In this document: positions 1 through 8,499 of the stretch, one piece after another
Layout of the letters: the number at the start of each line of letters is the position of its first letter
Position numbering within the stretch: position 1 is the stretch's first letter
From: Escherichia coli
GTDB lineage: Bacteria > Pseudomonadota > Gammaproteobacteria > Enterobacterales > Enterobacteriaceae
Direction: 5' to 3' (one strand)
Length of the DNA stretch: 10,895 nucleotides
Assembly (NCBI RefSeq): GCF_003334315.1
Contig: NZ_QOWR01000087.1
Notes under the pieces: model-generated
What the model was told of the DNA's origin: nothing
The model's input: only the letters and a program-made list of their open reading frames with translations
Database searches by the model: none
Position numbers and translations under genes: made by a program

Positions 1-16
1 CGGTTCGGCACAAACC

Positions 17-86
17 TGTAGGCATGATAAGACGCGACAAGCGTCGCATCAGGCATTATGCGCCGACTGCCGGATGCTGCCTACGA
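17..86. repeat. REP-type extragenic palindromic repeats (BIME-like) downstream of yjjV
   Basis: Imperfect palindromes tgtaggcatgataagacgcgacaagcgtcgcatcaggcat and gccggatgctgcctac resemble the E. coli REP consensus (GCCGGATG...CCTAC). Located in the non-coding stretch 3' of the yjjV stop (95-97). Confidence 0.5.
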
Positions 87-94
87 AGGGTAAA

Positions 95-877
95 CTACCC
101 ACTAACGCTAAACAACGCATACGTATTATTAAGCAACACTTCGGCAATCTCATCTTCTGGTTCCGGGCGCAACTCGCAAAGCACGTCAAACACCCGCACA
201 GCCTGTTCCGGTCGGTTAGGCTGCCCCTGAAAGCCGTTGAGCGGCATATCCGGCGCGTCGGTTTCCAGCAACAACGATGCCAGCGGTAATTTTGCGATGA
301 CATCGCGGGTTTTACTGGCGCGTGGATAGGTGATAGTACCGCCTACGCCGATTTTGTAGCCCAGCTGTACAAACCGCTCGGCCTGTTGCAGGCTGCCGGA
401 AAAACCGTGAACCACGCCAGTGCACGGTAAATTGTGACGTTTAAGATGCATCGCCAGTTTGTCGTGTGTACGCCGGGAATGAAGGATCACCGGCAGATCG
501 TAGCGTTTCGCCAGTTTCAGCTGTTCGTCGAGTAACCACTGCTGCCTCTCAAATTGCGGATCGTCGCCGAAGAGATCCAGACCGATCTCCCCCACCGCCA
601 CCACCTTCGCCGGACGCCTTTCCAGCGCCTGCTGTAGCTGATCAAGAGACACATCGCTATGTTTTTCCAACATCCCCGGATGCAACCCCAATGCGGCATA
701 CAGCGGTTGATATTTTTCCGCTAACGCCTGCACGCGGGCAAAATTTTCCGCCTCTGTCGCCGGAACAATGATCTTGCCTACGCCCGCTTGTGCCGCGCGT
801 TGCAGGCTGGCCTCTTCATCGCCACTAAACGGCGGGAAATCAAAATGGCAGTGGGTATCGATAAAACGGCAAATCAA
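95..877 (-). CDS. yjjV: TatD-family metal-dependent hydrolase (deoxyribonuclease-like) YjjV
   Basis: 260-aa ORF beginning MICRFIDTHCHFDF with the HxH metal-binding motif typical of TatD/amidohydrolase proteins. Start codon is TTG (rc of 875-877) and overlaps the yjjU stop as TTGA; the exact start is uncertain. Confidence 0.85.
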   Translation of the reverse strand: MICRFIDTHCHFDFPPFSGDEEASLQRAAQAGVGKIIVPATEAENFARVQALAEKYQPLYAALGLHPGMLEKHSDVSLDQLQQALERRPAKVVAVGEIGLDLFGDDPQFERQQWLLDEQLKLAKRYDLPVILHSRRTHDKLAMHLKRHNLPCTGVVHGFSGSLQQAERFVQLGYKIGVGGTITYPRASKTRDVIAKLPLASLLLETDAPDMPLNGFQGQPNRPEQAVRVFDVLCELRPEPEDEIAEVLLNNTYALFSVSG

Positions 878-1947
878 GCCAGATCCTCATTGTTAAATGT
901 CGGGTCGTTCGCCTGCGGAGCATCGCTCACTTCGGCAACCAGCGTATCGTTGGCGACTGGCGCAGGCGGAATAACGATCGATTCCGGCGTCACCACTGGC
1001 ACCAGATGGCGGGTAAGCGGCGCTTTTTCAGTTAATAGCTTGCCAACCGTGGCGAGGAAATAACGACCGCATAAACGCCCAAGTTTATAGTCTTCACGCA
1101 GCGCCGGAATCCGACTGCCAAGCGCGATACTATGTAATGGTTTCGGTGGATAAATTTCGAATATCCGCAGCTTGCCCGGTGGTTTCTCAATAAATTGCTG
1201 AATGTCACGATAGCTGGTTTCATGATGCTGCACCAGATTGACCAGCGGCTGCAGGCTACTGTCACCCAGCCAGCGTTCCATGCGTTTGAACCACTGCGGC
1301 GTGTAGTACATTTGTGACGGCACAGTGCGGATGACGACCAACGTTTTAGCGCCCTGCCTTGCCGCCTCTTTAACCGGAATCGCATCACTGATCCCGCCAT
1401 CCAGGTAGTTAATGCCTTCCAGCGACACTCCGCTACGATAAAAGCCAGGTATCGCACTGGAGGCGCGAATCACATCCAGCCAGTTTTGTTTGGTTGGTAA
1501 AAAGTAATTAGGCGCGTAGTCATCCTGACGACAGGCGCACATATAAAACGATTTGCCGCTGTCAAACAACCGCGCGGCGGTATCCATTTGCAACGGCATC
1601 TGGCTTGCGGTGGCCTCCACCAGCCAGTCGAGATCGATAAGATTTCCTCCACGGACAAAGCGCAATGGATCGAAAAATTCGCGTTTTGTGGTATAGCGCA
1701 TGATGACTTTGCGCGCGTAACCGGGCTGATTGCAGATAAACGCCGAGAGGTTCTGCGCCCCGGCAGATGTGCCGAGATAAAGATCGAAAGGATTAAACTG
1801 CGCGCGCATAAACTCATCCAGCACGCCAGCCGTGAAAATTCCACGCTGTCCGCCGCCTTCGCACACCAGAGCTATTCGTCCAGGCTGGAACGGCCTTAGC
1901 GACAACGGCGCAATATTACCAAGCGTTACAGGTATTCGCTGCCCCAC
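874..1947 (-). CDS. yjjU: Patatin-like phospholipase YjjU
   Basis: ORF contains patatin hallmarks: GGGQRG oxyanion hole, GTSAG (GxSxG) nucleophile motif and a DGG catalytic Asp motif. The track ORF starts at TTG 1983 (369 aa); I chose GTG at 1945-1947 because it is preceded by AGGAAGG at a 5-nt spacing and gives 357 aa, matching my recollection of K-12 YjjU. Confidence 0.85.
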   Translation of the reverse strand: MGQRIPVTLGNIAPLSLRPFQPGRIALVCEGGGQRGIFTAGVLDEFMRAQFNPFDLYLGTSAGAQNLSAFICNQPGYARKVIMRYTTKREFFDPLRFVRGGNLIDLDWLVEATASQMPLQMDTAARLFDSGKSFYMCACRQDDYAPNYFLPTKQNWLDVIRASSAIPGFYRSGVSLEGINYLDGGISDAIPVKEAARQGAKTLVVIRTVPSQMYYTPQWFKRMERWLGDSSLQPLVNLVQHHETSYRDIQQFIEKPPGKLRIFEIYPPKPLHSIALGSRIPALREDYKLGRLCGRYFLATVGKLLTEKAPLTRHLVPVVTPESIVIPPAPVANDTLVAEVSDAPQANDPTFNNEDLA

Positions 1948-2014
1948 CTCTGCCTTCCTGTTTTTGTTGTGAAAGAATGACAAAGTAACGCAATTTATTA
2001 TTCGCTAAAACCGC

Positions 2015-2040
2015 AAAAGCCAGTCCGCTGGACTGGCTTT
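2015..2040 (-). terminator. Rho-independent terminator downstream of ytjA (possibly bidirectional)
   Basis: Perfect 8-bp GC-rich stem gccagtcc/ggactggc (2019-2026 and 2030-2037) with a 3-nt loop, flanked by AAAA and TTT. On the minus-strand transcript it is followed by UUUGCGGUUUUAGCG. Confidence 0.6.
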
Positions 2041-2068
2041 GGATAAAATTTTCTTAATGGTCTGAAAT

Positions 2069-2230
2069 CTAGGGTCGTTTTCGGCCCATGAACAAACTCA
2101 CCAGGAACAGAATAATCCCGACGACAAAGACAATTTTAGCTGCGCCTGCAGCGGTACCGGCCAGACCACCAAACCCAAGTGCGGCGGCGATTAACGCGAT
2201 AACCAGAAATATGATGCCCCAACGAAACAT
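2069..2230 (-). CDS. ytjA: Small membrane protein YtjA (UPF0391/DUF1328 family)
   Basis: 53-aa product [53 protein letters not shown], predicted as two hydrophobic helices. ATG at 2228-2230 is preceded by GGAGAC; the 63-aa upstream extension in the track lacks a comparable RBS. Confidence 0.85.
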
Positions 2231-2319
2231 AAGCGTCTCCTTTACCATAGTTAATGTCACCGCTTGATATGAGCGTGAAAATCACTCAATGCGATATTTT
2301 TAGTGTGGTGCACATCGCG

Positions 2320-2341
2320 CCTCCCGACAAAGTTCGGGAGG
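2320..2341 (-). terminator. Possible hairpin terminator downstream of osmY
   Basis: Inverted repeat cctcccga / tcgggagg with a 6-nt loop lies 16 bp after the osmY stop. The U-tract on the minus-strand transcript is weak, so termination is uncertain. Confidence 0.3.
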
Positions 2342-2356
2342 ACGAATTACGACGAA

Positions 2357-2962
2357 TTACTTAGTTTTCAGATCATTTTTAACGCTTTTCACACCATCTA
2401 CCGCTTTGGCGATACTTTCAGCACGGTCACTTTGTGCCTGAGAATCTACGGTACCGGAGAGCTGAACCACGCCATCGGTGGTTTCAACTTTCACATGACG
2501 GGAAGGGACGATATCGTCCGCCAGCAGTTTGGCTTTGATTTCACTGGTGGTGGCGGTGTCACCCGCGTAGCCCTTCACCGAGCCTTCTTTAGCGTCGCGA
2601 ACGTGCAGTTTGTCGCTGACAGAGGTCACCCCTTCAACGCCTTTCGCCACTTTCACTGCCTCTTCGGCCTGAGCCTGGCTTTCAACGAAACCGCTCAGGG
2701 TCACGACTTTTTGATCGGTTTTGACAGAGATATCGGTGCTCTTGATGTTGTCATGATCCACCAGGGCCGCCTTCACTTTCGCGGTGATGGCGCTGTCATC
2801 CATGAAATTACCGACTTTATTCATAGAGCTATCGACTTTTTGCCCTGCGCTTTCATTGGTAGTCTGCGCGTTGTTTTCCGCGTAGGCAGAGCCTGTCGCG
2901 ACGGCAGAGGTCAACATTACAGCCAGCAGAGTTTTCGAAATCTTCAGTCTTGTCATAGTCAT
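2357..2962 (-). CDS. osmY: Osmotically inducible periplasmic protein OsmY (two BON domains)
   Basis: 201-aa product starting [28 protein letters not shown] (signal peptide, AYA cleavage site) followed by two BON-like repeats. ATG at 2960-2962 is preceded by AGGAATAAATCG. The 227-aa track ORF starts further upstream without an RBS. Confidence 0.93.
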
Positions 2963-3206
2963 CGATTTATTCCTGTAAGTTTGCTCGTAATTTGAGCCTG
3001 GCAACACGAGGTTGCATTGCTGAATAGGGAGAGACTTCACCCTCTACAGAAGTCAATGGTCGCCATCACAAAAGCGATGGGTGATGAATAACGACCATTA
3101 CAGCCTCTGAATCAGTTATTAATATCGGTAGAATGACAATCTACGGCTTTAGATACTGATATCTACGCATTGAACGGTATTTAACGCCGTCAGAAATGTC
3201 ATTACT

Positions 3207-3250
3207 TTGTTAAATATAGATCACAATTTTGAAACCGCTCGGGATATCAG
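3207..3250 (-). promoter_or_regulatory. osmY sigma-S-dependent promoter region with overlapping CRP-like half-site
   Basis: Minus-strand sequence cccgagcggtttcaaaattgtgatctatatttaacaa matches my recollection of the published osmY promoter. The -10 element is CTATATT (rc of 3213-3219), with the C at -13 typical of RpoS promoters, and TGTGA falls within the spacer. Implied leader to the ATG at 2962 is about 240 nt. Confidence 0.55.
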
Positions 3251-3318
3251 CGAAAACATAAGCAAAAGTGAATGTTTTAAGAACATTCCGTAAGCGGCTA
3301 ATAAGGAAGGGAAATTGA

Positions 3319-3344
3319 CAGGGCGCAGCGGCTACCGCGCCCTG
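3319..3344 (-). terminator. Putative terminator downstream of prfC
   Basis: Hairpin cagggcgc / gcgccctg (8-bp stem, 10-nt loop) lies 11 bp after the prfC stop. On the minus-strand transcript it is followed by UCAAUUUCCCUUCCUUAUU. Confidence 0.5.
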
Positions 3345-3354
3345 GAGGCAAGAA

Positions 3355-4944
3355 TTAATGCTCGCGGGTCTGGTGGAACTGAACGTCCGGATAACGTTCC
3401 TGCGCCAGGCGCAGGTTGACCATGCTGGTAGCGATGTAAGCGAGGTTATCGCCGCCATCAAGCGCCAGTTGGCTTTCGTTCTTACGCTTGAACTCTTCGA
3501 ATTTCTTCGCGTCTGCACATTCTACCCAGCGGGCGGTGGCAACGTTGACTGATTCATATACTGCTTCAACGTTGTATTCGCTCTTCAGGCGCGATACCAC
3601 CACATCAAACTGCAGCACACCAACCGCACCAACGATCAGATCGTTGTTGGAGATTGGACGGAACACCTGCACCGCGCCCTCTTCGGAAAGCTGTACCAGC
3701 CCTTTGAGCAGCTGTTTTTGCTTCAGCGGATCTTTCAGGCGGATGCGACGGAACAGTTCTGGCGCGAAGTTCGGAATACCGGTGAACTTCATCATCTCAC
3801 CCTGGGTAAAGGTGTCGCCAATCTGAATGGTGCCGTGGTTGTGCAGGCCGAGGATATCGCCCGGATATGCTTCTTCAACGTGCGAACGGTCACCTGCCAT
3901 AAAGGTCAGCGCGTCGGAGATCACCACATCTTTCGCAGTGCGCACCTGGCGCAGCTTCATGCCTTTTTCATATTTACCGGATACCACGCGCATAAACGCC
4001 ACGCGGTCGCGGTGTTTCGGGTCCATGTTGGCCTGAATTTTAAATACGAAGCCGGTAAATTTGTCTTCGCTCGCCTCTACGGTACGGGTATCAGTCTGAC
4101 GCGGCATCGGCGCAGGAGCCCACTCCACCAGGCCATCCAGCATATGATCGACACCGAAGTTACCCAGCGCAGTACCGAAGAATACCGGAGTGATTTCGCC
4201 CGCAAGGAACAGCTCTTTGTCGAACTCATTAGACGCGCCTTTCACCAGTTCCAGTTCGTCACGCAGCTGCTGTGCCAGATCTTCACCGACCGCTGCATCG
4301 AGATCCGGGTTATTCAGCCCTTTAACAATGCGGACTTCCTGAATGGTGTGGCCTTTACCGCTCTGATAGAGATAGGTTTCGTCTTTATAAAGGTGGTAAA
4401 CGCCTTTAAACAGCTTGCCGCAGCCGATCGGCCAGGTGATCGGTGCGCAGCCGATTTTCAGCTCGTTCTCAACTTCATCGAGCAGTTCCATCGGGTCGCG
4501 GATATCACGGTCAAGTTTGTTCATAAAGGTGAGGATCGGCGTGTCGCGCAGACGGGTAACTTCCATCAGCTTGCGGGTACGATCTTCAACACCTTTTGCG
4601 GCGTCGATAACCATCAGACAGCAGTCCACCGCCGTCAGGGTACGATAGGTATCTTCCGAGAAGTCTTCGTGCCCCGGGGTGTCGAGCAGGTTAACCAGGC
4701 AATCGTGATACGGAAACTGCATCACAGATGTAGTAATGGAGATCCCACGCTGCTTTTCCATCTCCATCCAGTCCGACTTAGCGTGCTGGTTAGAGCCACG
4801 GCCTTTTACTGTACCGGCGGTCTGAATGGCCTGTCCGAACAGCAGCACCTTCTCGGTGATGGTAGTCTTACCGGCGTCCGGGTGAGAAATAATGGCAAAA
4901 GTGCGGCGCTTCGCCACCTCTTGCAAATAAGGAGACAACGTCAT
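3355..4944 (-). CDS. prfC: Peptide chain release factor 3 (RF3), translational GTPase
   Basis: 529-aa product [28 protein letters not shown] with the G1 P-loop, DTPGH G3 motif and NKLD G4 motif. ATG at 4942-4944 is preceded by a purine-rich AAGAAGAAAG stretch. The track's 538-aa ORF adds 9 codons upstream. Confidence 0.95.
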
Positions 4945-5034
4945 AATTCTTTCTTCTTGAGTAAGCGGCATCGCGCCGCGCTTGTTGAAAACGAAAAATT
5001 GCGGCTATTTTACCCATCAACGGGGGGGAGGCAA

Positions 5035-5712
5035 TCAGTGTTTACACAGGAGCTGCTCCAGTTCGTGCAACGAAGAAACGGTCCAGGTGGGCGCGATGCC
5101 TTCTGGTTGCTCGCGATTGTGCGCATTCAGCCAGCAGGTCGCAAGCCCGGCGTTGATGCCACCGAGAATATCGGACTCGGCAGTGTCGCCAACCATCAGC
5201 ACGCGTGAACGGTCAGGATTGCCCGCCTGTTCCAGCGCATAATCGAAAATTTTCTTATTCGGTTTGGCAACGCCAACTTCTTCGGAAATCACCAGCAAAT
5301 CGAAGTAATCACGCAGGCCCGTGCGTTCCAGACGCACCTGTTGCAAGGCACTAAAGCCGTTGGTGATGATGCCGATTTTGGCGTTGCCACGAATGGCGTT
5401 AAGCAGAGAAACCGCGCCCGGCAGCGGCGTGCAGATTTCCGCCATCGCATTAATAAAGGCTTCGTTGAGTTTACCCGGCTCGACGTTCAGCCGTTCGGCC
5501 CAGCTCTCGAAACGCCCGTGCTGAAGCTGTAATGAAGTGATCGCGCCGTTTTGATAATCCACCCACAGTGGCTTGTTAACGGCCTGATAGTCCTGAAAAT
5601 CTTCAGCGGTAAAGGTGACGCTGTAATCAAGAAACATCCGCTGCAGGCCGGTGAATGAGTCAAAGGTAAACAGCGTTTCATCGGCATCAAAGAAAATCCA
5701 GTCCCACTTCAT
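5035..5712 (-). CDS. yjjG: HAD-family pyrimidine 5'-nucleotidase YjjG
   Basis: 225-aa [18 protein letters not shown] with HAD motif I (DxDxT) and a C-terminal GDT..SD motif. ATG at 5710-5712 is preceded by AAGGTGGAATA. Confidence 0.93.
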   Translation of the reverse strand: MKWDWIFFDADETLFTFDSFTGLQRMFLDYSVTFTAEDFQDYQAVNKPLWVDYQNGAITSLQLQHGRFESWAERLNVEPGKLNEAFINAMAEICTPLPGAVSLLNAIRGNAKIGIITNGFSALQQVRLERTGLRDYFDLLVISEEVGVAKPNKKIFDYALEQAGNPDRSRVLMVGDTAESDILGGINAGLATCWLNAHNREQPEGIAPTWTVSSLHELEQLLCKH

Positions 5713-5726
5713 TATTCCACCTTGTC

Positions 5727-6173
5727 TTACATACTGATTGGCAACGCCATGATGATGGCGTCTTCGCGACCGTCCGTGGTGGGGTAGTAATTGCGGCGAA
5801 TCGTCGCCTCGTTAAAGCCTAAACTTTCGTACAGGGCAATGGCGGCAGCATTTGAGGCACGGACTTCCAGCCATAGTGTCGCCACGCCGCGTTTTTCCAG
5901 TTCGTCGATCAGATGTTCCAGCAGCACCCTTCCCAATCCCTGACGCTGATAGTCAGGATCGACCGCAATATTGAACAATGTAGCTTCATCCAGCACCACT
6001 TGCGTAATCGCAAACGCCGCCATTTTGCCGTTTTGCGTTAACTGAAAGTTGAGATAACGCTCGCCCTGGTTGCTGGCAAAGGTTTTTTCACTCCACGGAA
6101 AGGCGTGGGCGCGTTGTTCAATGTGGTAAGCCGCCGGTAAATCAGTCGTTTCGAGGGAAGAAATCGTGTTCAT
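5727..6173 (-). CDS. rimI: Ribosomal protein S18 alanine N-acetyltransferase (GNAT family)
   Basis: 148-aa ORF with GNAT acetyl-CoA motif [10 protein letters not shown]. Its 5' end overlaps the 3' end of holD by 32 nt. Confidence 0.93.
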   Translation of the reverse strand: MNTISSLETTDLPAAYHIEQRAHAFPWSEKTFASNQGERYLNFQLTQNGKMAAFAITQVVLDEATLFNIAVDPDYQRQGLGRVLLEHLIDELEKRGVATLWLEVRASNAAAIALYESLGFNEATIRRNYYPTTDGREDAIIMALPISM

Positions 6174-6555
6174 ATGTGCAAATTTGTTGCCATAACGCGG
6201 CGCGTGCCGTTGGGTTTGCCCGTAATTCGGTGAGCGCCGGTGATGCCACCTGAGCGCCTTCCAGTGATAGCGGTTCGTCAGTACCCAACCGCCAGCTGTT
6301 GCAGCGACTGCCTTGCGGCAGCATCGCGATTTTTTCTGGCGTCAGTTGCAGCACTTGATCGGGGCTGACGGTTAATGCGCGCAGAACATCGCTCACTAAA
6401 GGATCGGTCAGGGCGGGAAGATCGTTTGCCACCATCACCAGACGGACGTGTGCCGGGATCGCAATGGCAATCTCCCCCTGCAACGCGCCAGGGCGACGCA
6501 GCGACCACTGGGTAATGCCCAGTTGCTGTAACTGCCAGTCTCGTCGGGATGTCAT
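6142..6555 (-). CDS. holD: DNA polymerase III psi subunit
   Basis: 137-aa ORF MTSRRDWQLQQLGITQWSLRRPGA, matching HolD by sequence memory. ATG at 6553-6555; the 3' end overlaps the rimI start. Confidence 0.92.
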   Translation of the reverse strand: MTSRRDWQLQQLGITQWSLRRPGALQGEIAIAIPAHVRLVMVANDLPALTDPLVSDVLRALTVSPDQVLQLTPEKIAMLPQGSRCNSWRLGTDEPLSLEGAQVASPALTELRANPTARAALWQQICTYEHDFFPRND

Positions 6556-6598
6556 AGCGAATCGCTCCTGTTGTCAGGGGCGCAAATATAGCAAATTC

Positions 6599-6628
6599 GT
6601 CGATACCGCGCCAACATATGGCTATAAT
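6599..6628 (+). promoter_or_regulatory. Candidate sigma-70 promoter for rsmC in the holD/rsmC divergent region
   Basis: Perfect -10 hexamer TATAAT at 6623-6628, 30 bp upstream of the rsmC ATG; the -35 is weak (gtcgat-like). Inferred from sequence only. Confidence 0.35.
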
Positions 6629-6657
6629 CGCCGCCAGTATCAATTGAGGAGCATTCC

Positions 6658-7689
6658 ATGTCTGCATTTACCCCGGCAAGTGAAGTCTTGCTGCGTCACA
6701 GTGATGATTTCGAACAAAGCCGTATTCTGTTTGCCGGAGACTTACAGGATGACCTGCCCGCGCGTTTAGATACCGCGGCCAGCCGTGCTCATACCCAGCA
6801 ATTCCACCACTGGCAGGTATTAAGCCGCCAGATGGGGGATAACGCCCGTTTCAGTCTGGTCGCCACGGTGGATGACGTCGCAGATTGCGATACGCTGATT
6901 TACTACTGGCCGAAGAACAAACCGGAAGCCCAGTTCCAGTTGATGAATTTACTTTCTCTGCTGCCAGTGGGGACAGATATTTTTGTCGTTGGCGAGAACC
7001 GCAGCGGCGTGCGCAGCGCCGAGCAGATGCTGGCAGATTATGCGCCGTTGAATAAAGTCGACAGCGCTCGTCGCTGTGGCCTCTATTTTGGTCGTCTGGA
7101 AAAACAGCCGGTATTTGATGCCGATAAATTCTGGGGCGAATACAGCGTCGATGGCCTGACGGTCAAAACGCTGCCTGGCGTGTTTAGCCGCGACGGTCTG
7201 GATGTCGGTAGCCAGTTGCTGCTCTCGACGTTAACCCCGCACACGAAAGGTAAAGTGCTGGATGTCGGCTGTGGCGCGGGTGTGCTTTCAGTTGCCTTTG
7301 CGCGCCATTCGCCGAAAATTCGTCTCACCTTGTGCGATGTCTCTGCGCCAGCGGTAGAAGCCAGCCGCGCAACACTTGCGGCCAACGGTGTTGAAGGTGA
7401 AGTCTTTGCCAGCAACGTCTTTTCCGAGGTGAAAGGTCGTTTTGATATGATCATCTCCAACCCGCCGTTCCACGATGGGATGCAAACCAGCCTGGATGCG
7501 GCGCAAACGCTGATTCGCGGCGCGGTGCGTCATCTTAATAGCGGCGGCGAGCTGCGAATTGTAGCGAACGCCTTCCTGCCTTACCCGGACGTGCTGGATG
7601 AGACATTTGGCTTCCATGAAGTGATTGCGCAAACCGGGCGTTTCAAGGTGTATCGCGCCATTATGACCCGCCAGGCGAAGAAAGGTTAA
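6658..7689 (+). CDS. rsmC: 16S rRNA (guanine1207-N2)-methyltransferase RsmC
   Basis: 343-aa [15 protein letters not shown] with SAM-binding motif [12 protein letters not shown] and the NPPFH motif characteristic of N-directed methyltransferases. GAGGAG RBS lies 7 nt upstream of the ATG. Confidence 0.95.
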   Translation: MSAFTPASEVLLRHSDDFEQSRILFAGDLQDDLPARLDTAASRAHTQQFHHWQVLSRQMGDNARFSLVATVDDVADCDTLIYYWPKNKPEAQFQLMNLLSLLPVGTDIFVVGENRSGVRSAEQMLADYAPLNKVDSARRCGLYFGRLEKQPVFDADKFWGEYSVDGLTVKTLPGVFSRDGLDVGSQLLLSTLTPHTKGKVLDVGCGAGVLSVAFARHSPKIRLTLCDVSAPAVEASRATLAANGVEGEVFASNVFSEVKGRFDMIISNPPFHDGMQTSLDAAQTLIRGAVRHLNSGGELRIVANAFLPYPDVLDETFGFHEVIAQTGRFKVYRAIMTRQAKKG

Positions 7690-7700
7690 TTATCTCGCCG

Positions 7701-7880
<180 letters not shown>

Positions 7881-7928
7881 CCTGATGGACATTTTTCCAG
7901 CAATTACACCTCCGGCGATAATTAACTA

Positions 7929-7964
7929 TTGACGAAAAGCTGAAAACCACTAGAATGCGCCTCC
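7929..7964 (+). promoter_or_regulatory. Stable-RNA type sigma-70 promoter for the tRNA-Leu gene
   Basis: -35 TTGACG (7929-7934), 16-bp spacer, -10 TAGAAT (7951-7956), then a GC-rich discriminator gcgcctcc typical of stringently controlled tRNA/rRNA promoters. AT-rich sequence upstream; about 35 nt of leader before the mature tRNA 5' end. Confidence 0.5.
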
Positions 7965-7997
7965 GTGGTAGCAATTCTTTTTAAGAATTGATGGTAT

Positions 7998-8084
7998 GCG
8001 AAGGTGGCGGAATTGGTAGACGCGCTAGCTTCAGGTGTTAGTGTCCTTACGGACGTGGGGGTTCAAGTCCCCCCCCTCGCACCA
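7998..8084 (+). tRNA. tRNA-Leu (anticodon CAG), leuQ/leuP/leuV family; single copy in this window
   Basis: 87-nt sequence gcgaaggtggcggaattggtagacgcgctagcttcaggtgttagtgtccttacggacgtgggggttcaagtcccccccctcgcacca. It has class II tRNA features: long variable arm, CAG anticodon in the loop cuUCAGgu, T-loop GGTTCAAGTCC and an encoded 3' CCA. Confidence 0.95.
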
Positions 8085-8122
8085 ATTATCTTTACTTCCT
8101 TTCTTGTTTCTTCCTTGATTTT

Positions 8123-8359
8123 TCATCCCTGATTCAAATTCATTAGCATCAGCATGATGCCAGCACTAAGCGCCAGGCACGATGGTAGCAAAATGTAATG
8201 CCGTAACTGTTTGTGATACAGCATCACCGGCGTCAATATCAATCCCATCAGAATGACAATCCGCCACTGATCCGGCGATAAATCCGCATACATCAGCCCT
8301 GCAATCAGCAATCCCGGCAGCAACACTCCCCAGCCACTGCCCAGCGTACGTTGCAACAT
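8123..8359 (-). CDS. yjjZ: Small uncharacterized membrane protein YjjZ (Fur-regulated by location)
   Basis: 78-aa hydrophobic product MLQRTLGSGWGVLLPGLLIAGLMYADLSPDQW. ATG at 8357-8359. The 115-aa track ORF would start at a TTG inside the fhuF promoter / Fur-box region, which is unlikely. Confidence 0.75.
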   Translation of the reverse strand: MLQRTLGSGWGVLLPGLLIAGLMYADLSPDQWRIVILMGLILTPVMLYHKQLRHYILLPSCLALSAGIMLMLMNLNQG

Positions 8360-8377
8360 GGTTTCATCTCTTTCATT

Positions 8378-8416
8378 GATAATGATAACCAATATCATAT
8401 GATAATTTTTATCATT
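8378..8416. promoter_or_regulatory. Fur boxes (overlapping) in the yjjZ/fhuF divergent control region
   Basis: gataatgataaccaatatc (8378-8396) and atatgataatttttatcatt closely match the Fur consensus GATAATGATAATCATTATC. They lie immediately upstream of yjjZ. Confidence 0.7.
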
Positions 8417-8465
8417 TGCAAGCCAGAGAAATCCCTTGCTATCGGGTAAACCTATCGCTAGGATT

Positions 8466-8486
8466 AGCAATCATTATCATTTAGAT
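8466..8486. promoter_or_regulatory. Fur box overlapping the fhuF promoter
   Basis: agcaatcattatcatttagat contains AATCATTATC, matching the 3' half of the Fur consensus, about 15-35 bp upstream of the fhuF ATG. fhuF is a classic Fur-repressed gene. Confidence 0.6.
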
Positions 8487-8499
8487 TACTATCCCGATT

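Noticed and set aside
466-771. Proline-rich 101-aa plus-strand ORF (PPPPPPSP) inside yjjV
   Set aside because: Antisense to the TatD-family yjjV gene; the low-complexity proline run is a translation artefact of the opposite strand.
2341-2360. Tandem 10-bp duplication gacgaattac gacgaattac overlapping the osmY stop codon
   Set aside because: Too short to interpret. It could be a slipped-strand duplication but does not alter the osmY reading frame end in any way I can verify without a reference comparison.
2303-2995. 230-aa plus-strand ORF antisense to osmY
   Set aside because: Fully overlaps the osmY coding sequence on the opposite strand; no RBS, no recognisable motifs. Treated as a shadow ORF.
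4945-4971. Upstream in-frame extensions of prfC (538 aa), osmY (227 aa, to 3040), ytjA (63 aa, to 2260) and yjjZ (115 aa, to 8470)
   Set aside because: In each case a downstream start has better RBS spacing and gives the protein length I recall for the K-12 orthologs. For osmY it also places the signal peptide at the N-terminus. The extended yjjZ start would sit inside the fhuF promoter and Fur boxes.
3718-5208. Long 496-aa ORF on the plus strand, antisense to prfC and extending into yjjG
   Set aside because: It lies entirely opposite prfC, whose GTPase motifs identify the true coding strand. It has no recognisable RBS or domain motifs and a Cys/Arg/His-rich composition typical of antisense frames of GC-rich genes.
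8144-8158. Small hairpin gcatca-gca-tgatgc near the 3' end of yjjZ as a tRNA terminator
   Set aside because: It lies inside the yjjZ coding sequence, is short and AT-poor, and has no U-tract. No convincing intrinsic terminator was found in the 38 bp between the tRNA and yjjZ.
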